Assembly: GCA_018655525.1 (NCBI GenBank) | Contig: JABIJM010000008.1 | Coordinates: 20,836 to 84,835 of the forward strand | DNA length: 64,000 nt | Source of the DNA: Candidatus Woesearchaeota archaeon | GTDB lineage: Archaea; Nanobdellota; Nanobdellia; Woesearchaeales; GW2011-AR9 | Reading direction: 5' to 3' | Shown: piece by piece, positions 9,722 through 19,431 of the stretch | Layout: every line of letters starts with the position of its first letter | How positions within the stretch are numbered: position 1 is the stretch's first letter | The notes under the pieces: generated by a model | What the model saw: the letters and a program-made list of their open reading frames with translations, nothing else | Databases searched by the model: none | What the model was told of the DNA's origin: nothing | Position numbers and translations under genes: made by a program

Positions 9722-10213
9722 ATGGAAAAAAAGAAGCGATTAGAACTTAAAGAGAAGGGATGGACTGAACAAGAATTAAAGAAAGCTGAAAGAATCATGG
9801 AACATGATGTCCAGCAAAGTAAGTCGTTTTCTAGATTAGTATTTTGGTCTGCATTGATTGTCATTCTTTTTGCAAATCTTGCAGTTTCTTTAGTATTAAT
9901 TCCTTTTTTGATTGTGTTTAGTGCAGTAGTGCTATATTCAGTAATTGTATTGTTAGGAATTTCATTTGGGTTTCTTTATAATTTTCTTATATCTACTGTT
10001 GGAACAATGCATAAAGGACATCACCGTTGGACAAATATTTTAGTTCCTATCGTTGCAATGATTAATATTATCATTGTAGTTTTAGCTTCTAATTTCTTTA
10101 TTAGTAAATTAGAATCAAACCCTGTTACTCAAAATCCTTTTATGGCAGGCATTGTGTTTGCAATTGCATTCGTATTACCTTATATGATATTAAAATTATT
10201 TTTTAAGAAATAA
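9722..10213 (+). CDS. Membrane protein (about 4 TM)
   Basis: Charged N-terminus (LKEKGW) followed by four hydrophobic segments. Confidence 0.75.
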   Translation: MEKKKRLELKEKGWTEQELKKAERIMEHDVQQSKSFSRLVFWSALIVILFANLAVSLVLIPFLIVFSAVVLYSVIVLLGISFGFLYNFLISTVGTMHKGHHRWTNILVPIVAMINIIIVVLASNFFISKLESNPVTQNPFMAGIVFAIAFVLPYMILKLFFKK

Positions 10214-11800
10214 TTATTCGTCTTTGTTTCCAACTAGTTCTTCAATAACAACCGCAAATGCTGGTCTTGCAATCAATACTCCAAATGTAATACCTGCAAT
10301 CGTTGTAAGTGCAAATCCTTTCAATAAACCTGCACCCGCCCAGTATAAAGGAAGCATTCCTGAAACTGTTGTTAAGTATGCACCCATGACAATAAACATT
10401 GCATTCTTAAGACGTTTTTTCCAATTTGTTTCTTCTTGACCACGCAGGGATTCATCTGTGATTACAATGAGATGATCTACACCTGTACCCATTACAATGA
10501 TAATACCTGCGATTGCTGCAAGATCTAAATTCCATCCTACAAAGGCTGCAAATCCTAAAATTAAAATAACTTCTGAGAATAAGGTTAAAATCATTGGAAG
10601 CACAACTTTAAGTTTTCTATAACGAATGAACACAACCGTAGTTACTGATAATGCAACAAGTAATGCTACTAAAAATACATTATCAAGAAATTCTTTTCCT
10701 AAAGAAGCGGAGATTGAATCCATTTTTACCAGTTCTAATTTCACTGGAAGACTTCCTGTCAAAAGAATTGTCTGAAGACGCTTCATATTTTGTTGTGCTA
10801 CTTTAACTGCTTCTTGTTCTGTAGGTCCAACACCGGAACCAGAGATTTGAATTTGAGTGGTTTTACTTCCTTTTAGGTCCACACCTATGTTAAGAGAATC
10901 TACTTCTACATCATCTAACATTAATACTAAAGGTTCACTTAAGTAACCGTCTGGTCCGCCAACAATATCTAAATTCTGCGTTGCTGCTGCTTGTTGAGCT
11001 GCTGCATCTGGGCTAAGAGTAATTGCAAAGAAAAACCTACAACTATATCCTTCACCTGATCTAAAACATGCACCGCCTTGTCCCCCAATACCGGAACAAT
11101 CTGCACTTCTACAAACATAAGTAATATCTTTCTTTCCACCACGAAATACGGTTTGATTAGCAATATTTGCTTCAAATTTTCCTTGCTTTGATAATAATTC
11201 TTTAACTTCTTCTTCTGTCACACCAGCAATTTCTACTAAAATAAAATCTGTACCTTGCAAATCCTTTGCTGGACGTACAATAACATCACTTAACCCATAT
11301 ACATTGAGACGTTCTTGTAAACTTGCAACAGTTGTGTCAAGATCTTCTTGTGAAACTTCTTCTTGAAATTCTAAAAGAACCCGAGTTCCACCTGCAAGAT
11401 CAAGCCCTTTCTTTAAGTTTGAAGAAGGTGCATTTGAAATACGTAATTGTAATGTTGCCTTTCCATCAATAGTATCTGGAAGAAAGTTATAGGTTCCTTT
11501 TGTTGTTTCAACATGAATAATTTTAGTTGGATCTAATTTTGATTCTACTGCTGCAAAATTTTCTATTGAAGTTATTTTTTCAGAATTGATTGCAATTACT
11601 TTTTCTCTTGCTAAAGGAGGAAGTGTAGATGCAGGATTTTGTAACCCTTGCTGTGCAATACTTGCATTTTGTCCAACACTATTAATGATTACACCTTCAT
11701 TTCCGAAAATTTGAGGTTTAATCGCCATCACTGAAAATATAAGACAAATGAGTAACAAAATTACTTTCCAATGTGTGAAAATTTTTTTATAGGAACTCAT
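10214..11800 (-). CDS. secD: Protein-export membrane protein SecD
   Basis: KKGLDLAGGTRV, RLNVYGL, GSLPV, LAAIAGII..GTGVD, GFALTT. Confidence 0.95.
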   Translation of the reverse strand: MSSYKKIFTHWKVILLLICLIFSVMAIKPQIFGNEGVIINSVGQNASIAQQGLQNPASTLPPLAREKVIAINSEKITSIENFAAVESKLDPTKIIHVETTKGTYNFLPDTIDGKATLQLRISNAPSSNLKKGLDLAGGTRVLLEFQEEVSQEDLDTTVASLQERLNVYGLSDVIVRPAKDLQGTDFILVEIAGVTEEEVKELLSKQGKFEANIANQTVFRGGKKDITYVCRSADCSGIGGQGGACFRSGEGYSCRFFFAITLSPDAAAQQAAATQNLDIVGGPDGYLSEPLVLMLDDVEVDSLNIGVDLKGSKTTQIQISGSGVGPTEQEAVKVAQQNMKRLQTILLTGSLPVKLELVKMDSISASLGKEFLDNVFLVALLVALSVTTVVFIRYRKLKVVLPMILTLFSEVILILGFAAFVGWNLDLAAIAGIIIVMGTGVDHLIVITDESLRGQEETNWKKRLKNAMFIVMGAYLTTVSGMLPLYWAGAGLLKGFALTTIAGITFGVLIARPAFAVVIEELVGNKDE

Positions 11801-12696
11801 TTTGATTTTTTCCCCTTTCTCTCAAGATATAATCGTAAAATCCCTGTATTTTGAAGCCATGTCATTACTAAATCCACGAGTAATCCAATAAATAAGATAA
11901 TCATAATTTGTTTGATAACTTCTGATTGTGCAAAAATCATTGCAACAAGAATTGCAGTTAACGTTGTTGCACTCATTGTTAATCCTGTTTTCATAGCACC
12001 ATAAATCCGTTCCATAACAGGTCCGTCACCTACGCGTTTTAGAACACGTGTACTTAACAAAATGTCTGTATCCACAGAATATCCAATTAACATTAGGAAT
12101 GCAGCGATTCCTGCAGTACTTAATTTAATTCCTGTAAGATTAAAGATTGCAAGTGTAACGACAATATCTGATGCTGCTGCTAAAATTACCGCTAAACTTG
12201 GTGCAATAGATTTGAAATAAAAGAATACGACAATTCCCATTAAAAGAAATGCAATTAATAATGCAGTCAATGTTTGCTTAAAGAAACTATCTCCAAGAGA
12301 TGAACCCATCGTTTCTACACTTAATGTGTTTTCTGCGATTTTAAGTTGAGATGCAATCTCTTTTCTGAAAAGATCTATTTGTGATTTTTCTTGAATATCC
12401 GAATCTATTGCAATTGTTTCAATACTTCCCGCAACCCCTAAGGTCCTAAATGTAATTTCATTTATAGAAAATTTTTGATTTAATATTTGTTCTAATGATT
12501 CTAAATCAAACGAAGGAACATAATCAAACGACACAGTTGATCCTCCTTTTAGACTAATTCCTTTATTTACGAAATCTTGTCCTGGTTGAGATGCTTGCCA
12601 TCCAATCTGACCAAGAGCTAGGATTAATAAGAGAAATGGAATTATGAGAAGTTTCTTATATTCTCGTTCGTAATACGCTTTTACCTTCTTAAGCAT
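11797..12696 (-). CDS. secF: Protein-export membrane protein SecF
   Basis: GISLKGG, IAAFLMLIGYSVDTDILL; 4-nt overlap with secD. Confidence 0.95.
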   Translation of the reverse strand: MLKKVKAYYEREYKKLLIIPFLLLILALGQIGWQASQPGQDFVNKGISLKGGSTVSFDYVPSFDLESLEQILNQKFSINEITFRTLGVAGSIETIAIDSDIQEKSQIDLFRKEIASQLKIAENTLSVETMGSSLGDSFFKQTLTALLIAFLLMGIVVFFYFKSIAPSLAVILAAASDIVVTLAIFNLTGIKLSTAGIAAFLMLIGYSVDTDILLSTRVLKRVGDGPVMERIYGAMKTGLTMSATTLTAILVAMIFAQSEVIKQIMIILFIGLLVDLVMTWLQNTGILRLYLERKGKKSK

Positions 12697-12744
12697 ATTC
12701 TCACCTGGGTATGAGGGGTTTATAAAATTTTTGTTATTTGAGGC

Positions 12745-15024
12745 TCATTTACGATTAAATACAACAACCAAACTTAAAATCGTTAACGTTAATACGAGAA
12801 AATAAGGGATTAATTTCTGGGTTTTCATTGAACTTGATTCATAAACAACCATGCCCGTAAGATGATTACGGGATTCTGGTGTTTCTTTGAATGAAGAAGA
12901 TTCTTGAGAAGTAGAGATTTTTTCTTCTTTAGTATTGGACAATGTTGGAAGAGATAAATTTGAAGTTTGAGATTTAGCTATTTCTTCCTTTTCTTTAATG
13001 TAAATTTCTTTAGTTAGGTCCTTTGTAGTCTTTCTTCCTTTTTTCAAGATTTTTACCTTTAGTTTGTATGCACCTGGGTTGACATCTTCATCTATTTTGA
13101 CCAAAAATTCTGTAATTTTTGCTTCTTCATCTCCTAAAGACACTTTTTTTGCAAGAGCATCACGTTCTTCATCATCACAGGAATAACATTTACTTCCCCT
13201 ATATACATAAGGCCATATCGTAAATGAATTTTTTTCATCTTCATTCAAAATTTGAACTTTCAATCGCAATATGTTTCCAGATTCAACTGAATTTGGGAGA
13301 TCAATGATGTCATATGTCAACTTTTGTTTCGTTGATGACGTTGTTTCTGTTTCAGAAGTTGTTGAAGATGTAGTTAAATTCTTTTTTGCTTCTTTAATGT
13401 AAGTTAACAAATCCTTACAGACGCCAGGATCAACGTCAGAAATAGTAAATTCTTTTTTAGAGGTTAAATTGAATGCGCTTAACACTAATTCTGCTTTTCC
13501 TGAATCTATATTTTCATGACAATTAGGGATTAGTTGAATGGGAAGTGTTAAAGGATAGTTCTTATATTTATCCATAATATTTACACGTGTTGTTTTACTC
13601 AATTTCTTACCGTCACGTTCCACCCATAATTGAACTGAGGTTTTGGTTTCGTCTCCTTTATAAATTTCAACTTTTGTTGTAAATTGTTCTCCCCATTTTA
13701 CGCGGTTATCTGAACCAACATTAATTTTGGTGATTTTAAGAGAAGAATCTGATTTATCATACAAAGGATTAATTGCAAACATTTTTGAAACATTATTATT
13801 TTGAAGGTTTTGATCATCACAGGTTAAGTTTTCAAACCAAAATTGTAATTGATAAATCCCTTCTTTTAATCTTGGTGAATACGTTTTTTTTGCACTTGTT
13901 GAGATTTTACGTTTTTTGAATGGGGTGTATGTTTTGATTTTTTTTCCGAAGAAATCTGTAACGGTTCCTGTTGCAGTGATGTTTTGTATTAATCCGGAAT
14001 CTCTTGTTGCATAAATTTGGAATGAAAAATCTTTATTTGTGAAAATTGATTTTTTAAGATTTAAATGTAATTTCCAATCACATTTGTTGTTCAATTTAAT
14101 ATTTGGATTTTTTGGAGAAGCATTTGTAAGAAAAAACCCCTCATCAAATTGACTGAAACTCATTCCTTCAACAGCACCTGCATAATTAATTGTACTTAAA
14201 AGTGTATCTCCTCTAAATAATCTTACTTCATCAAAATCTGAGTTTAAAGAAAAATCCGTGTCACCATCCCGATAGACTAATTTGTAACAATGGCTACAAA
14301 TTAAAGTATTTCCATCAACTTTATTATCGGCAATGATTAATTGATTGGAATCATCTTTATCTTTAAGAATTAAACCTTTGAGATCAATTGTTTTAAGAGC
14401 ATTATTGTAAATTTCAACCCATTCGCCATCTGGTTTATGGAGATTATCTTCTCCAAAGGGATTAGGTAAAACTTCAGAGATTTGAAGAAAAGTATATTCG
14501 GCAGAAAGGTCCCATACGCTATTTATTTCTCCGGGAGTTCCATTCAGGACCAAACTTTCTCCAAAACTTTCATCTGACCTTTTTTCTAGTGTTTTTCCTT
14601 TTTTCCATTTTGTGACATCATAAGAAATTGAATCATTGTAAGTATGATTGTAAAGTGTAATGGTTTCTTTATTTCCTAAACTATTTCCGAGAGTTTTATC
14701 ATCTATACATATCTTAAGCGCAGTTGTATTTATGTGATTATAAAGTTGAGAATCTTGATCTGTAATAATCGCATAGGACTTCGGTTGTAATATAAGCGAA
14801 CAATTGTTTATGAACCCACAACAAGTTATTTGATCAATGCTTTTTGTATCGCTGAAATTCCATTCAGTGAGGTTGACGGGACGTTCAGAGGGGTTATAAA
14901 TTTCAACCCACTCACAATATTTATCGGAACATTGTGATGAAGAAAACATAACTTCACTAATTTCAATTGATGCAACCGAGAGGGGTATAAATAATAAAAA
15001 AATTACAATCATCCATCTCTTCAT
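12745..15024 (-). CDS. Secreted, C-terminally anchored protein with two lamin-tail domains
   Basis: Signal peptide; ISEVM...EWVEIYN and ISEVLPNP...EWVEIYN, each ending GTPG/ASP; S/T-rich linkers; C-terminal TM. Confidence 0.8.
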   Translation of the reverse strand: MKRWMIVIFLLFIPLSVASIEISEVMFSSSQCSDKYCEWVEIYNPSERPVNLTEWNFSDTKSIDQITCCGFINNCSLILQPKSYAIITDQDSQLYNHINTTALKICIDDKTLGNSLGNKETITLYNHTYNDSISYDVTKWKKGKTLEKRSDESFGESLVLNGTPGEINSVWDLSAEYTFLQISEVLPNPFGEDNLHKPDGEWVEIYNNALKTIDLKGLILKDKDDSNQLIIADNKVDGNTLICSHCYKLVYRDGDTDFSLNSDFDEVRLFRGDTLLSTINYAGAVEGMSFSQFDEGFFLTNASPKNPNIKLNNKCDWKLHLNLKKSIFTNKDFSFQIYATRDSGLIQNITATGTVTDFFGKKIKTYTPFKKRKISTSAKKTYSPRLKEGIYQLQFWFENLTCDDQNLQNNNVSKMFAINPLYDKSDSSLKITKINVGSDNRVKWGEQFTTKVEIYKGDETKTSVQLWVERDGKKLSKTTRVNIMDKYKNYPLTLPIQLIPNCHENIDSGKAELVLSAFNLTSKKEFTISDVDPGVCKDLLTYIKEAKKNLTTSSTTSETETTSSTKQKLTYDIIDLPNSVESGNILRLKVQILNEDEKNSFTIWPYVYRGSKCYSCDDEERDALAKKVSLGDEEAKITEFLVKIDEDVNPGAYKLKVKILKKGRKTTKDLTKEIYIKEKEEIAKSQTSNLSLPTLSNTKEEKISTSQESSSFKETPESRNHLTGMVVYESSSMKTQKLIPYFLVLTLTILSLVVVFNRK

Positions 15025-15138
15025 TTTTCACATGAAATAAAAAATGTTTTAAATACATTTACGTCTTAGAACCATTGTTTTACTATTGTCAAATACTAAA
15101 CAAAGTTTAAATAGGCTCTTCTGCTTTTAAATGGAATT

Positions 15139-15615
15139 ATGGGATGGTTATTTGGCAAGAAAAAGGTACCTAAGGTTCCGTTTCCGCAAGGACGGGAAGC
15201 AAATGCATTAAAGTTTCCTTCTAGTACTCCTGCTCAAAGAATTATTGAACCACGTAGTGTTAAAGAAGCGGTTGGTGTTGGAAAAGCTCCATTACCTCCT
15301 TCAAAGCCACAACGCGAAGAAGAAACTTTAGTTCCAAGTCCTAAAGAAGTCCCAAATATGCCAACACCTATGCAACCTCACGAGATTTTTGGTGCAGAAG
15401 GCCCACTATATATTAAGATGGAAGTTTATCAAACAATTCTTGGAGAATTGGATGAATTAAAAACAGATTTCACACGTTTAAATAAATCTCACAGAATATT
15501 AGAAGAATCAGAATTCAATGAAGAACATCACTACGGAAAATTAAAAAATAACATGAAATTAATTCATGATAAATTATTACAAGCAGATAAAACCTTATTT
15601 AAGGTGCAAGAATAG
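15139..15615 (+). CDS. Hypothetical protein: amphipathic N-terminus, Pro-rich linker, C-terminal coiled coil
   Basis: MGWLFGKKK start; heptad pattern; TATA (TTTAAATA) upstream. Confidence 0.8.
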   Translation: MGWLFGKKKVPKVPFPQGREANALKFPSSTPAQRIIEPRSVKEAVGVGKAPLPPSKPQREEETLVPSPKEVPNMPTPMQPHEIFGAEGPLYIKMEVYQTILGELDELKTDFTRLNKSHRILEESEFNEEHHYGKLKNNMKLIHDKLLQADKTLFKVQE

Positions 15616-15623
15616 AGGTGACT

Positions 15624-15854
15624 ATGATGGAAAAAATGCCTGTCTTCGTAAAAGTTGACGATTATAATGATGTACTGGGATTAGTAAAAACTATTAGATC
15701 TAAGTTAGAGGATGCTAAACAAACTTTGTTAAAAATTCATGATTTGAAAAATGAAGAAGACCACCAACTAGAATTATGGCAAAATACTTTGGCTGAAGTT
15801 GAAAAAAAGGTTGATTTTGTGGATCATTCTTTAAATGAACCTCAACAATTCTAA
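15624..15854 (+). CDS. Small coiled-coil protein, paralogue of the flanking genes
   Basis: GAGGTGA SD at 15615-15621 favours the ATG at 15624; ungapped alignment to the upstream protein. Confidence 0.8.
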   Translation: MMEKMPVFVKVDDYNDVLGLVKTIRSKLEDAKQTLLKIHDLKNEEDHQLELWQNTLAEVEKKVDFVDHSLNEPQQF

Positions 15855-15859
15855 ATACT

Positions 15860-16528
15860 ATGGCAAAACGCAAGACAACACGTAAAAGAACAGTTAAAAG
15901 GAAAGCTACAAAGAAACGAAGTTCTTCAAAACGTAAAGCAACAACTACAAAAAGAACTGTAAAACGAGAATCTGGTCCTGCGTATATGGTTCAATTATCA
16001 GATCCAAAAAGTATTAGAAAAGATATTCTTGAATCTCTACGAGAAGTGATTATTTTTATGCAAGCTCATGAAAAGTTTATGCGGATCCAAGAGGAAAAAG
16101 TAACACTATTTACAAAATTAAAAAATGATGTGAAAGAATTAAATTTATTAATTGAACATAAGTTGAAAAAGCATTTGCCAAAAGGAAAATTAAAGGCAGT
16201 TTCACGATATGTGGAAAAAAGGAAAAAGCAACAAGATATGGAAAAAGTAGAAGTGGTTTCAGCAAGAGAAATGGCAAACAGTCCAAGAATGCCAGAAGTA
16301 CCGGTGAATGTTGTATCAACATTACCTAACGGTTCAATACCTCAGCCGTTACCAAATCCTTTGCCTCCAGCTGCACCTTTACCTCCTCCTCAACCAGGAC
16401 AAACGCCGGCACCTTCTCCAGTTCCAATGGCGCCACCAATGCCTAAGCCTGTTGCGCCTAAATCAGATTTAGATGATTTAGAGAATCAGTTAAAGGATAT
16501 TGAAGACCAATTACGTGGCATCCAATAG
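15860..16528 (+). CDS. Hypothetical protein: K/R-rich N-tail, coiled coil, Pro-rich linker, acidic C-terminal helix
   Basis: Translation; 5 nt from the previous stop. Confidence 0.8.
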   Translation: MAKRKTTRKRTVKRKATKKRSSSKRKATTTKRTVKRESGPAYMVQLSDPKSIRKDILESLREVIIFMQAHEKFMRIQEEKVTLFTKLKNDVKELNLLIEHKLKKHLPKGKLKAVSRYVEKRKKQQDMEKVEVVSAREMANSPRMPEVPVNVVSTLPNGSIPQPLPNPLPPAAPLPPPQPGQTPAPSPVPMAPPMPKPVAPKSDLDDLENQLKDIEDQLRGIQ

Positions 16529-16577
16529 AATTATTTGTTTTTAATATTTATATTTAGAATTCTGGTAGTTATAATTA

Positions 16578-16603
16578 AAAAAAAAAGAAATAAAAAAAGA
16601 AAA
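16578..16603 (-). terminator. Oligo-T terminator
   Basis: Long A tract on + (T tract on -) immediately after the 16604 stop. Confidence 0.5.
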
Positions 16604-17665
16604 TTATCTAAATCTTCCTGTAAGCCAGCCCAAGATTCTTTCTAACAGATTACTTTGTTCTTGTAACTGACCAGAAAGATCAGTACACGTTCCGCTGAGG
16701 CAAGAGTTGGTGGAACACTCATAATCATTTTGACAGGTGAGTCCAGGTGTAATTTGAGGTTGCATTGTTCCATCCCAACTACAAAATTTATTTTCGCCAT
16801 TACGAATCCGTGTACCGACCGGAAGGCACTTATCATTGTAAAAACATCCATTGTTACATTCTACATCCGTTGCAGGGTTCACAACATTTTCTGGCAAAGC
16901 AAATGGTGATTCTTCATTAACTTCTGGAATAGCAGTAATGATTTCATTTTCAATATAAGGTACAGGATAATTTGTAACATATACTGTTTCTATATTACTA
17001 CAGACGTTATCTACAATGTTTTTATTATCAGATAAACAAACTTGAAAAGTCCAAGGTCCTTCTTCTAAGTTGCCTAAGTTGTAGTAACTCCCAAAACTGA
17101 CCCAAGAATTTGCATGGTTCTGTTTTAAAACATTTCCTTGATTCCATTTAATGTTGTATTTATCAAATCTGTCTCCCAAACCATTGACATCATTCCAATC
17201 CATATTTGCAAAACCAGGTTCATTATTTGAGCCTGTTAAAACTAACAAATCACTTGATCCACTTCCTCCTGAAGGAACTGCATCTGTTGAATCTTCACCT
17301 TGAACATAGACGGTTTTTGGTTCACTACAGGTTCCAGGAAGATCTTTTCCATTTCTTGATAAACATACTTGAAATGTATGCGGACCTTCATCTAATCCAC
17401 CTAAATTATAATAGCTACCAAAACTAACCCATGAATTTAAACATTGGTTATCCAAGTGCTCACGCGATAAATCTGCGCCTTTGTTATATTTAATATGATA
17501 TTTGTCGGAATCTGTTCCGAAACTATCTGCATCATTCCATTCAAGGTTCGCGAAACCTTCTTCGTTACTTGTAACGGTTAAGTCTACTGCTGTTTGTGCA
17601 TATACTGGCACAAGCACAGCTGCGAACATGATGGTAAGTACAAATAAAACTTTTAATATTTTCAT
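16604..17665 (-). CDS. Secreted protein with two FN3-like repeats and a Cys-rich C-terminal domain
   Basis: ATG at 17665 with GAGGT SD (track start is TTG at 17710); signal peptide; duplicated NSWVSFGSYYNLG.L.EGP.TFQVCLS. Confidence 0.8.
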   Translation of the reverse strand: MKILKVLFVLTIMFAAVLVPVYAQTAVDLTVTSNEEGFANLEWNDADSFGTDSDKYHIKYNKGADLSREHLDNQCLNSWVSFGSYYNLGGLDEGPHTFQVCLSRNGKDLPGTCSEPKTVYVQGEDSTDAVPSGGSGSSDLLVLTGSNNEPGFANMDWNDVNGLGDRFDKYNIKWNQGNVLKQNHANSWVSFGSYYNLGNLEEGPWTFQVCLSDNKNIVDNVCSNIETVYVTNYPVPYIENEIITAIPEVNEESPFALPENVVNPATDVECNNGCFYNDKCLPVGTRIRNGENKFCSWDGTMQPQITPGLTCQNDYECSTNSCLSGTCTDLSGQLQEQSNLLERILGWLTGRFR

Positions 17666-17797
17666 TGTGTATGACCTCGTGTGTTTCATATCTGTATAAT
17701 TGTAAAACAAATATATATTACTTGGGTGGACATGATGTTTGAAAGAAGTTAAAATTAAGGCCCATTTTGATTAAGAAGGAACAAAATATGCCCAAAA

Positions 17798-18724
17798 TCA
17801 CTTTTTGCCTAAAAAGAAGTCCGTTAATGTGATTGTCACCATTTTTCCATGTTTTTCTATTAAAATGATGTTTTTACGTTCAAGTTTTTGAAGTACTCTT
17901 GATAAGCTTGTTCGAGGTATTTTTGTCGAATGACGAATCTTTGACTGTGAGGTTTTATTCTTATTTTCTAATAAAAAGAGGACTATTTTTTTCTCTTTTT
18001 CTGAAAGAGTTTTTAATATTGTATTGCTATTATTGTTGGAGGTGTTTTCTCCAGTAGTAGAAGGTATTGGAATTTTTCTTTTTCGTTTCTTTAAGTAAAA
18101 TCCAATGATCACTAAACTTATAATTACAATAACATACGGCCAAACTAAAGGACCATTCCCTAAAGATTCATTGAGTATTACCTTTACTTCAGTAGGTTTA
18201 CCTTTTTTAATCTCAAATTCAGTTCTTCCTGCAAGACCCCCATCGTTTGCAATAAGTGTACATTTTCCTTCTGGGAAATTTGGAATTGCAAAGAACCCAG
18301 TCTTATCTGCTTGGGTTGGAAAAGAAATATCTTTTGCAGTATAACAAGAGAATTGAAGTTCAGCTTCAGACACTAAATTTCCTTGTTCATCTAAAACAGT
18401 TCCTTGAACATAGCCAATGGGAAAAATAAGGAATTGTTCTTTAAAGGAGGATTTAAATGTGACAATTTTTTTTCCAAAATAATCTGGTGTAGGTGTGGAA
18501 GGATCATCTACAATTGCTTCAAAATGATATGTCCCATCTGGAATTGTTAAATGATATGTGTTCGAATCCAGAACTGCTTTATTCACATTTTCTTCATATT
18601 GTAAAGTCATAATATGTTTAGAGAGATCTTCAAAAGAAGGTGTTTGAAATTCAAATTCTACGTTAGCATAGGTTAAAGGCAGCAACAATAAAATTAAGAG
18701 TAAATAGAGCTTCTTCATAGACAT
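17798..18724 (-). CDS. Membrane-anchored wHTH transcriptional regulator with extracellular carboxypeptidase-regulatory-like domain
   Basis: Signal peptide, beta-rich ectodomain (VQGTVLDEQG), TM followed by KKRKRK, C-terminal LSEKEKKIV...SQSKI...SLSRVLQKLERKNII. Confidence 0.8.
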   Translation of the reverse strand: MSMKKLYLLLILLLLPLTYANVEFEFQTPSFEDLSKHIMTLQYEENVNKAVLDSNTYHLTIPDGTYHFEAIVDDPSTPTPDYFGKKIVTFKSSFKEQFLIFPIGYVQGTVLDEQGNLVSEAELQFSCYTAKDISFPTQADKTGFFAIPNFPEGKCTLIANDGGLAGRTEFEIKKGKPTEVKVILNESLGNGPLVWPYVIVIISLVIIGFYLKKRKRKIPIPSTTGENTSNNNSNTILKTLSEKEKKIVLFLLENKNKTSQSKIRHSTKIPRTSLSRVLQKLERKNIILIEKHGKMVTITLTDFFLGKK

Positions 18725-18792
18725 TAGAAAAGTATTGGCGTATATAAATATTGGGGAGACTTCAATTATTAAAAAGAAAAAAAAGAAAAAAA

Positions 18793-19344
18793 TTATTTTT
18801 TAGTTGCTTCTCTATAATAATTTGCCCATAAGTAACTTTGACTCCAAGAAATTGCTGGAATTGTTACAACCATGGTAATTATAGGTATTGATGCAATAAG
18901 CCAAATTAAAACAACAACTAAGGATTTTAAGAATGTGATTATCCACTCTCCAAAGTTATTAAACACAACTTTACTTGCATCAACGACATTTAAACCATCA
19001 CCAATTTTCTTTGTTACTGCAATTTGTGCAACTAATACTGGTGCAATTAATATGTAGTACACATTTCCTACCCATCCGAGTAAAGGGATTAGTGCAATAA
19101 TAAAAACTGCTATTTGTAGCACAAGCATTACAACAATTAAGAAAAAACCTTCTTTAAATAAGCCGGTAAATGGTCTAATTGCAGGCAACTCTTTATCTTT
19201 TCCTTTTATGATTTCTTCGTAAACACGTAAACCATAACCGCTAGCGACTAACCAACCCCATACAGGGACTAGAATCCACCAATAGTTAAACAAACGTGCG
19301 AAGTTCGCAAAAGGATACTTTAGAGCTTCTTTTATACTTGCCAT
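18793..19344 (-). CDS. DUF4013-like membrane protein
   Basis: EALKYPF, GY.LR...LP motifs; 4-5 TM. Confidence 0.7.
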   Translation of the reverse strand: MASIKEALKYPFANFARLFNYWWILVPVWGWLVASGYGLRVYEEIIKGKDKELPAIRPFTGLFKEGFFLIVVMLVLQIAVFIIALIPLLGWVGNVYYILIAPVLVAQIAVTKKIGDGLNVVDASKVVFNNFGEWIITFLKSLVVVLIWLIASIPIITMVVTIPAISWSQSYLWANYYREATKK

Positions 19345-19431
19345 ACTTGTAATGTCGAGTTTAGAGTATATAAATATTTGGTTGGGTATATGTAAAGAAA
19401 AATATATAAACCATTAAATAAATAAAAATGA

